33,247 nt of DNA from Promethearchaeota archaeon (GTDB lineage: Archaea > Asgardarchaeota > Lokiarchaeia > Sigyniarchaeales > SOKP01). Every line of letters begins with the position of its first letter. Position 1 is the stretch's first letter. The notes below the pieces were generated by a model. It was not told the origin of the DNA, did no database searches, and worked only from the letters and a program-made list of their open reading frames with translations. A program made the position numbers and the translations under genes. The stretch covers positions 1 to 33,247 of the forward strand of contig RDOE01000037.1 of assembly GCA_011364975.1 (NCBI GenBank), read 5' to 3'. Below, piece after piece: positions 8,948 to 16,599 of the stretch.

Positions 8948-9376
8948 TTATCTATCACTTAAATTATATAATATGACCTTAATTTGACTATAAATAAACT
9001 AACTTTTCAACTTTAGGTATACTTAATTTTTTTTATATTTTAACTTAATTAATTTAGATCTTGAACCATAAAAAATAAATGAGACCAAATGGGTCAAAAA
9101 ATCCCCTCTATATTAAAATTTATAATATATTTAAGATATTATCCAAGCCCAATAAGCTAAAGCTATAATAAATTTATGTATAGAATTGATATAATGAATA
9201 GTATATTATTCCATGATATCGCTGGAAATTTATTTTTAGCTTTATACCATTATGATAAGGCGATGGATTATTGAAAATTTTAAGAAGTCGCTAAATGTAA
9301 CTATTTTTATTATATCTTTATTTTATTAATACGATTATTTATATGTTTGATTAGTGATAAAAATAGGGTCTAGAAT

Positions 9377-11080
9377 TTGGAAAAAAAAGGAAAAATTAAT
9401 GGTGGGGACGTATTAGTAAAATGCCTCCTTGAAGAAGACGTTAAGTATATGTTTGGAATAACTGGAGGACAATTATTAACAATCTTCGATGCTATTTATA
9501 GATGGGGTAGAGAAAAAGGTATAGAGACTGTAATGTTTCGTCATGAACAAGCAGCAGCTCATGCAGCTGATGCATGGGCAAGAGTAACAAATAAACCAGG
9601 TATTTGTTTTGGAACAGTAGGTCCAGGAGCGTTAGATCTTGTTCCGGGAGTAGGTGCTGCATGGAGTGATAATATTCCCGTAATTGCGATTATTCCACAG
9701 GTAATAAGTGATACAGCTGATAAGTTTTCCCTACAAGGGGGATTAGATCAGATTCAATTGTTCAAACCGATTACAAAGTATCAGAAGAGCGTTCGTAAAA
9801 TAACTGAAATCCCTGATGCTGTACGGAAATGTTTTCGGGAAGCAACTGGTGGTAGACCTCGACCTGTATTATTAGAAATTTATGAAGATGCTTTTCTCGA
9901 ACAAATAGAAGAGAATGAAATTTCGATATATGAAAAAAATCGATATAGGGCAATCGAAAAACCTTCAATTAGTGATGAATTAATTCAAGAATCGTTAAAG
10001 ATGCTAATTAATGCAGAGAAACCATTGATAATCTCAGGTGGTGGCGTTGCTCGAGCAGAAGCATGGAAAGAATTACAGGAATTTGCAGAATATCTTCAAA
10101 TTCCCGTAGCAACCACAATTTCAGGAATTGGTACCATTTCAAATAAATCAAATTGTCATTTAGGAGCCACAGTTGGAGCGATCCAATCTGCAGCTAATAA
10201 ATCAGATGTGGTTTTAAGCCTTGGATGTAAATTTTCATATGTAATGGGTTACGGAGAAGAACCTACTTGGAAGAATTCTCAACAATTAATACAGGTAGAT
10301 ATTGATCCCGCTATGATTGGTCGAACTAAGCCTGTCTCTCTTGGAATTGTAGGTGATTGTAAATCTTTTCTAAATAAGATGTTGAAAGAAGTTAAAAAGA
10401 TAGAGAAAGTTGAATCAAGAAGATGGTTAGAAAAATTGAAAAAACAATCGCAACAATTATTTTCATTTCTTCAGGCAAGTATTTCAAAAGAAACATCTTC
10501 TATTACAGCAGAAAGAATGGTTAAAGAGGTCTTGGAATTTATTGATGAAGATGCGATTTTAATTTTGGACGGTGGAAATATAACTGTTTCTGCGTTTGAA
10601 CAAATAAATCTTTACAAACAAAGGAATCCACTTTCAACACTCCAGTCAACTGGGATGGGTCATTTAGGTACTTCAGTCCCTTATGGAATTGGAGCGAAAT
10701 TAGCGAAACCAAACAAGCAAATAGTTTCTATATCTGGAGATGGAAGCTTTATGATAAATATTCAGGATTTAGAAACGGCTGTGAGACTAAATTTAAAAAA
10801 TTTGATATATGTTGTTGCAAATAACAGTGCATGGGGTATGATAAAAACTATTCAACAATATGCCTTTAATCAAAGTTATATTGATGTAGATTTCCCAGAT
10901 TTTAATTTTGCTCAATGTGCTAAATCTTTTGGTTGCTATGGCGAGATTGTAACCGATCCAAACAATATTAAAGACGCTCTTGAAAGAGCAAAGAACTCTG
11001 GCAAAGTAGCGGTAATAGATGTTAAAATAAAATATGAAACTCCATTGTCAACCAAAATAACCTACGGAATCAATTTCTGA
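9377..11080 (+). CDS. Thiamine-diphosphate-dependent enzyme, acetolactate synthase large subunit/HACL-like family
   Basis: FRHEQAAAHAADAWAR catalytic Glu; GPG; PRPVLLEI; QVDIDP; ThDP-binding motif GDGSF-x~24-NN (ANNSAWGM). No regulatory subunit or other ilv gene adjacent, so the substrate is uncertain. Confidence 0.92.
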   Translation: MEKKGKINGGDVLVKCLLEEDVKYMFGITGGQLLTIFDAIYRWGREKGIETVMFRHEQAAAHAADAWARVTNKPGICFGTVGPGALDLVPGVGAAWSDNIPVIAIIPQVISDTADKFSLQGGLDQIQLFKPITKYQKSVRKITEIPDAVRKCFREATGGRPRPVLLEIYEDAFLEQIEENEISIYEKNRYRAIEKPSISDELIQESLKMLINAEKPLIISGGGVARAEAWKELQEFAEYLQIPVATTISGIGTISNKSNCHLGATVGAIQSAANKSDVVLSLGCKFSYVMGYGEEPTWKNSQQLIQVDIDPAMIGRTKPVSLGIVGDCKSFLNKMLKEVKKIEKVESRRWLEKLKKQSQQLFSFLQASISKETSSITAERMVKEVLEFIDEDAILILDGGNITVSAFEQINLYKQRNPLSTLQSTGMGHLGTSVPYGIGAKLAKPNKQIVSISGDGSFMINIQDLETAVRLNLKNLIYVVANNSAWGMIKTIQQYAFNQSYIDVDFPDFNFAQCAKSFGCYGEIVTDPNNIKDALERAKNSGKVAVIDVKIKYETPLSTKITYGINF

Positions 11081-11248
11081 CTTTTATTAAATTATTTTTT
11101 TATTTTTTAAATATTATATATTTTTAATCTTGAATTATGTTAATTTAATTATTGAGTTGGATTAATTTATTTCAAAAAAAATTCTCTGCCTTAAAATAAA
11201 TGTTTTAAATTAACATTTAGAGAAAAAGAAAATCGTTATACTTTAAGT

Positions 11249-11893
11249 TTAATGTGGAAGTTTTCCACCACAATAAGGACAATATTTCCAATCTAAATCT
11301 TTTCCACAATGAGGACAAAACTCTGATCTTGCTACAGGTTCACCTCTGGGAATTGTTGGTAATTCTCTCGTTGTTTTTAAAGTAGTGGATACACTAGTAC
11401 TTGACTCATGAGTTTTTTCTCCTTTTATTACTTTCATTCTTTCTTTGAATGCCTGTCGCTTCTCGTCCTCTAATTCTTCAGCTGATTTATAATCTTCTTC
11501 TTTAACCCATCCAACAGTTTGTGGTCGTTTTAATGCACTATCTGGTACTTTTTCTAATTCAACTTGTTTAGTTTCCGAAAGTGGTGCAACAGCTTTACGT
11601 TGGTCTTTTTTCTCTAGAGCTTGTTTTACCAGAGCTTGAACTGTCTTCATAATTTGGTGTGGGTTGATATTTGGTATCGCCACAGTTCTGATTACCCATC
11701 CTACAATAAGGTTTTGATTTGGAAATCCTGATTCTCCTAAATCTTCATCTTTATATACATAAGAATCAATAACATCTGTACCCTTTAGTAAACGAGAGGC
11801 CCATTTCCCATTAATAAGCCCTAATTGTATTCTATAGGACGTTCCAGGGATTCCAAGCTGGCTCGTTAAAGGTTCAAATCCTTTTTCTGCCAT
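11249..11893 (-). CDS. Hypothetical protein with C-terminal double zinc ribbon
   Basis: Ends CPHCGKDLDWKYCPYCGGKLPH; globular N-terminal ~100 aa, then a charged linker. Start is ATG 11893 or TTG 11902. Confidence 0.8.
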   Translation of the reverse strand: MAEKGFEPLTSQLGIPGTSYRIQLGLINGKWASRLLKGTDVIDSYVYKDEDLGESGFPNQNLIVGWVIRTVAIPNINPHQIMKTVQALVKQALEKKDQRKAVAPLSETKQVELEKVPDSALKRPQTVGWVKEEDYKSAEELEDEKRQAFKERMKVIKGEKTHESSTSVSTTLKTTRELPTIPRGEPVARSEFCPHCGKDLDWKYCPYCGGKLPH

Positions 11894-12147
11894 TGTAAAC
11901 AACTATAACAAAATTGTTAATTTTAATTTGGTTGGAATCAGTCATTAAATGACTTTTAATAATAATATTATCATAAATTTTGAATTTAAATAGTTTTAGA
12001 TTTAATCTAAATCTATCTATATCTTCATTAGGAAATTCGCATCATATTTCATATGTTTGTCTTTTAGTGAATTATTTAAAGAAAAATAAAGACATAAATA
12101 TGTGCAATAGTATTCATATATCAAAATTATCATTTTGAGTATACATA

Positions 12148-13137
12148 ATGACCGTTCTTTTATCTAAAGAAGTATATTTTACAGTTATAGCTGCCTGTGT
12201 AAGGTTTGCCAATAAAAAAATACCCAAAGTCGATTGGAAAGAAGTGAGTGGAATTTTTATTGGAAAATATGTTGGAGATAGTGAAAATAAAGACCTCTAT
12301 GTTTCAGCTGCTTATCCTATTATGCACGATACATTTGATCCTAATTCATCCACCGACCAATATGACCCACGAAATGTAATTGATGGTTTTGAATATTCAG
12401 ATGAAGATCATGAATCATTTGCCTTAATTGATGAGGAAGCTTTTACACGAGGGGAATTCACTGTTGGATGGTGGCATAGCCACCCCGGATTTAGAGTTAT
12501 GTTATCTGGATTTGGTGATAGAAAAACCACTTTATTTTATCAAGCACAAAATCCATTAGCTATAGCTTTAGTATTTAATCCAGATCGGTTGATACGACAA
12601 ATTGAACTTCCCCAGAAAACAGGGGATCCAATAAAACAGCTAAAAAACGATCCCGGTTTTAAAATTTTCAGATTGAAAGACCCTAATGACCAATACAGTA
12701 ATTTTTATGAAGTAGAATATCGTATAGAAGGATTTGAAAACGAAGAACAAATGGTTAGAATGGCTCAAAAATTAGTCATTGATATTACCAATTTTTTCCC
12801 TGGAGAGGCAATATTTGAAACATATGAAAAATTTATTAAAGAGCGATTGAATGAATTGAATTCCCTTCTGCAAGGTACTGAAGAATATCTAAATACACTA
12901 ACTCGCAAAGGCGAAACTCATAGAATAATTGAAGTATTAGACAATCAGACTCGAGAGATAAGAAGATATGTAGGAGAGACCTATATCAAAATTGAAAATA
13001 TTAAACTATTTATGAATTATCTGGAATACAAAGAACGGAGCATTCTCATTCCTAAGATCGAGAAAATATTACGAGAATGGGATGAAAATATCGCCAATTT
13101 AAATTTGAAGTTAGAAGAAATATCAAAAACGCATTAA
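12148..13137 (+). CDS. JAMM/MPN domain protein with variant motif and C-terminal helical bundle
   Basis: KEVSGIFIG; VGWWHSHPGFRVMLSGFGD (HSH 12475-12483, S 12505, D 12517; spacing S-x3-D); IALVFNP; GFKIFRL; ~130-aa amphipathic helical tail. Confidence 0.88.
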   Translation: MTVLLSKEVYFTVIAACVRFANKKIPKVDWKEVSGIFIGKYVGDSENKDLYVSAAYPIMHDTFDPNSSTDQYDPRNVIDGFEYSDEDHESFALIDEEAFTRGEFTVGWWHSHPGFRVMLSGFGDRKTTLFYQAQNPLAIALVFNPDRLIRQIELPQKTGDPIKQLKNDPGFKIFRLKDPNDQYSNFYEVEYRIEGFENEEQMVRMAQKLVIDITNFFPGEAIFETYEKFIKERLNELNSLLQGTEEYLNTLTRKGETHRIIEVLDNQTREIRRYVGETYIKIENIKLFMNYLEYKERSILIPKIEKILREWDENIANLNLKLEEISKTH

Positions 13138-13146
13138 ACCTTTAAA

Positions 13147-13154
13147 TTTTTTTT
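13147..13154 (+). terminator. Oligo-T terminator candidate
   Basis: T8 run about 10 nt after the stop at 13137, between convergent genes. Confidence 0.35.
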
Positions 13155-13273
13155 GAGTATTCTTGCCCTAAAAAAGTAAAATTAATCTATTATTTAAAAT
13201 CATCTAATAATTTTCCCCTAATTAGGATTATGGGGCACATATTTTTAATAATATATGAGATCAGAAACTTCCA

Positions 13274-13672
13274 TTAAATCATCGCTAATTGAGATGTTTT
13301 AATCAAATTTACTTCGACTTGGATTGGTTTTAATAAGCTTTTTACATCTCCATTACAATTTTGAAAACAATTATTTAGTTCTTGAATAACTTCTCTCATT
13401 TGAATCTTATTTACTTCTCTTTCTGGAGTGGTTTCTTGTTTTCGTATTCTTATTATTGGAGTAGTTTGAGGGAATATTCCCTTATTTGCGTTTAATTCCC
13501 TTAAAAGGTTCTTTAACATTTTTATTTCGATTTTTAAGAATTTAATTTCCTCCTCAATATTAATAGAATTATCATGAGTAATTACTTTTTTATAACAAGT
13601 GGGACCATATCCTAATTTAATGCTTCTAGCAGATTTTAAAACTCTCCCACATCTCTTACATAAAAATACCAT
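13274..13672 (-). CDS. DUF6011-like zinc-finger protein with coiled-coil segment
   Basis: CKRCGRVLKSARSIKLGYGPTC matches the CxxCGRxL...S...GxGPxC pattern, followed by IEEEIKFLKIEIKMLKNLL heptads. ATG at 13672 is preceded by GTGAGGT, a better start than 13696. Confidence 0.75.
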   Translation of the reverse strand: MVFLCKRCGRVLKSARSIKLGYGPTCYKKVITHDNSINIEEEIKFLKIEIKMLKNLLRELNANKGIFPQTTPIIRIRKQETTPEREVNKIQMREVIQELNNCFQNCNGDVKSLLKPIQVEVNLIKTSQLAMI

Positions 13673-13973
13673 TTTTACCTCACTTTTCAGTATCATATTC
13701 TAAGAGGTTTTTTTCTCTACCCCTTTTTAATCATAATAAAAATTTGCTAATTTATAATTTTTGAATTTTATCGGAGGATAAGAATTTGAGAGATTTGTTT
13801 TATTAAATTAAATTTTAATTTATATTGTATCCCATCTATTATAGAACTGAAGATGTAGTTTTAATTTAGAATCAAAAGATAGATTTAAAAGCATAAGTAC
13901 ATAAATTTTGTTGAAATCTCTCAAATTATAATAGTTTTAGAATAATTTTGGACAATTTGAGATTAATAATGAA

Positions 13974-14855
13974 ATGGGAGCATTTTATTTGAATAAAGTT
14001 AAATCCATCATTTTTGGATTTATTATTTTAATATTATTCTTAGACTTACCAATTCATATAAGGGATTCAAAAGCTGATGTATTATTTATTCATGGTATGG
14101 GAACGGGGAATTTTCTTCCTGAAGAGAATAACCCTTTAATAATGACGAACGCAAACGTTATTTTTAATATTGATGCTAAAACGTATCTTAGCAGAATCAA
14201 TATTAATTTTACAGGAAATTATACAATTTTTAATCCTAATAAATCCATGAATGCAACCCTTGTAGCTCCTTTTTCGTTAGATTTTAACGGTCTAGAATCA
14301 TCATGCACTATAAAAATTAGTAATATCACCATAGGTTATCAAGTTCTTGAGTTTAATACCAGTGGCGCTCCTTGGTACGAATATTTAGATTGGAGTCATC
14401 TCCAAAATCGATGTTTCTTATTAATCAATGTTACTTTCCCTGAAAATGATTCGATAACAATTCATTATAGTTTTAATGCGTATATAGATAATATGCATAA
14501 TTATCAAATTTTAAATATTTTTTATGATGTAGGAACTTCTCGTGCTTGGAATGGTACAATCTCAGAACGTGTCGAATTCAAAGTTTATGGTAAACGTCCC
14601 GATTCCTATTCTTCATATAAAGAAAACCTTTTCGAATACAACTGTACGATCTCCGAAATTTATAATGGCATAAGTTATGTATGGGAATGGAAAAATGAAA
14701 TCATTAGTGTTAATAGCGTTTACATCTCCTATTCATACTACAATCCATGGAATAGATTGTTACCTTTCATTATTTTTCCAATATTTATTGGAGTACCCAT
14801 TATTGCGGCAATTATTGCCCTCAAAAAAGCGAAAGGAAAGAAGTATAGAGTTTAA
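13974..14855 (+). CDS. Exported, membrane-anchored beta-rich protein (DUF4424-like)
   Basis: N-terminal signal-like hydrophobic stretch; YDVGTSRAWNGTI motif; many NxS/T sequons; C-terminal TM helix followed by a basic tail (KKAKGKKYR). Confidence 0.7.
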   Translation: MGAFYLNKVKSIIFGFIILILFLDLPIHIRDSKADVLFIHGMGTGNFLPEENNPLIMTNANVIFNIDAKTYLSRININFTGNYTIFNPNKSMNATLVAPFSLDFNGLESSCTIKISNITIGYQVLEFNTSGAPWYEYLDWSHLQNRCFLLINVTFPENDSITIHYSFNAYIDNMHNYQILNIFYDVGTSRAWNGTISERVEFKVYGKRPDSYSSYKENLFEYNCTISEIYNGISYVWEWKNEIISVNSVYISYSYYNPWNRLLPFIIFPIFIGVPIIAAIIALKKAKGKKYRV

Positions 14856-14874
14856 TGTTTTAATATTTTAAATA

Positions 14875-15570
14875 TTATTTCTTTCCTAATGTTTCTTCTT
14901 CCCACTCTTTATATATTGCCATTAACCTGTCGATTTCCTCAATATTAGCACTTATATTAAAAACAAACTTTTTCGAAATAGAGAAATATTCAGCATAAAT
15001 TTCCTTTCTTTTTATCATCTTCTTGACGACATTAATAATTGTATTTTTATCGGCATGACATTTCTGTGAGACCTCTTTAAGCTTAAAATCGGGATACTTA
15101 ATACCTAGATCTAAAATTTCTCGCTTAATTCTAGAGCGTTCTCTATAATTTGGGATAATTTTCAATAAAATAGTCATCAAAAGCATCCCATAATACATTA
15201 TAGGAGTGATATAAAACCATATAGGAAAACTCCTTGATAAAAAGTAATTTTGGAAAAAAAAAGGGAGAAATCTTAGAAAAGAGTCTGCTCCTATGGTTAA
15301 TACTTGAAATAAGATTAATTTGTTAAGATTTAAGTAGATCGCAAATAAAAAGGAAATGAAAAAGAATATAATAATTAAAAATGATGATATTGAAGTAAAA
15401 GCAGAGAAATTTTCATAAAATATTTGCCACCAACTATTGGATGGTATATACTGCAACATATCCATATATAAATCAGATATGATGTTTATATCCATACGGG
15501 ATAAATAAAATGAAAGAATTATAAAGACAAACTGGATGACCCCAATGAACTTTAATAGTGTGCTATTCAT
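14875..15570 (-). CDS. Four-TM membrane protein with C-terminal PCI-like winged-helix domain (paralog 2)
   Basis: Hydrophobic N-half, then LKEVSQKCHADKNTIINVVKKMIKRKEIYAEY...FVFN...NIEEIDRLM. Start moved to ATG 15570 (MNSTLLK) to remove the overlap with the upstream paralog. Confidence 0.72.
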   Translation of the reverse strand: MNSTLLKFIGVIQFVFIILSFYLSRMDINIISDLYMDMLQYIPSNSWWQIFYENFSAFTSISSFLIIIFFFISFLFAIYLNLNKLILFQVLTIGADSFLRFLPFFFQNYFLSRSFPIWFYITPIMYYGMLLMTILLKIIPNYRERSRIKREILDLGIKYPDFKLKEVSQKCHADKNTIINVVKKMIKRKEIYAEYFSISKKFVFNISANIEEIDRLMAIYKEWEEETLGKK

Positions 15571-15596
15571 TTTTTTAATGTTATTTATCTTTAAAA

Positions 15597-16286
15597 TTAA
15601 ATTTCTTTTTTTTTGTAAATATTCTCTTCCCAAATTCTATATTTTTCCATGAGCCTGTCTATTTGTTCAATATTGGCTTCTTTGTTAAACTCAACAAATT
15701 TCTTTTTTTTTGAGTATTCTGCATAAATTTCTTTATTAGCCACCATTTGAAATATTATATGCTCCACTTTCCTTCTATTTATCGCAGACTTTTCAGAAAT
15801 ATCTCTAACTTCTAATCGTGCGAATTTTGTTCCAAAATTTAACAATAACTTTTTAATTAATGAAGATGCTTTCTTATTGGGGATATATACTAAGTACATA
15901 AGGTAAATGCTAATTGCTATAATTGCTCCCATAATAAAGTAATAATAAGCAATAAATATAGTGGGGATCAGACCATAAGTTCTTAGAATATTGTTCAGAT
16001 CAATTATCATTAAATAACAGCTAAAAAATCCAAAGATAGACGCAAGTCTAAACCTAAACTTGTAAAAAAAAATAACAGAAACGAAGATCAACCCGAAAAT
16101 AGTTGTTCCAAAAACACTAGAAAAAATTTCGAATATCATAAATGCTTCATTGGACATCAACAGCTCTGCTTGTATCTCAGAATAAAATAGATCTCTAAAT
16201 ATCAGATTTATTGTTGATAATAACGTTATTAAAACATATATAAATCTAATTAACCAATTCTTTATCTTATATATACTGACTATCAT
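15597..16286 (-). CDS. Four-TM membrane protein with C-terminal PCI-like winged-helix domain (paralog 1)
   Basis: Hydrophobic N-half, then FARLEVRDISEKSAINRRKVEHIIFQMVANKEIYAEY...VEFN...NIEQIDRLM, clearly homologous to the tail of the next gene. Confidence 0.75.
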   Translation of the reverse strand: MIVSIYKIKNWLIRFIYVLITLLSTINLIFRDLFYSEIQAELLMSNEAFMIFEIFSSVFGTTIFGLIFVSVIFFYKFRFRLASIFGFFSCYLMIIDLNNILRTYGLIPTIFIAYYYFIMGAIIAISIYLMYLVYIPNKKASSLIKKLLLNFGTKFARLEVRDISEKSAINRRKVEHIIFQMVANKEIYAEYSKKKKFVEFNKEANIEQIDRLMEKYRIWEENIYKKKEI

Positions 16287-16599
16287 TTAATACGAAATCG
16301 AAAGTATTCTAACACTTGTATTATTATCTTGATATTAAATAATTATCATCTTGACTTATTAAAAGTTTCATAAGCATTATTACGGTAAAAGTATGAGAGT
16401 TATAGAATATTGATAAATCTTGAAGATCTTGCATAAAGATTGTCAAAAAGAAAAACTAATTAAGAATTTTAAGAATGAGAAATATTATAATTCCTATTAC
16501 TAATCTATTGTTTAGAAGGGAAATCTTTTTTTTATTTGAAATTCTTTTTATTTAAACGGATGCTTAACCAAATTAATATTAACTAAATTAAAATGATTA

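Noticed and set aside
6068-13137. JAMM genes as part of CBASS (Cap3), Bil or a sulfur-carrier operon
   Set aside because: No CD-NTase, E1/E2, ubiquitin-like or ThiF/MoeB gene is adjacent, and the long helical tails and Rpn11-like N-termini differ from those small JAB proteins.
13215-13235. CCCC-TAATTAGG...GGGG hairpin/palindrome between convergent genes
   Set aside because: Too short and imperfect to call a structured RNA or element end; at most part of a terminator.
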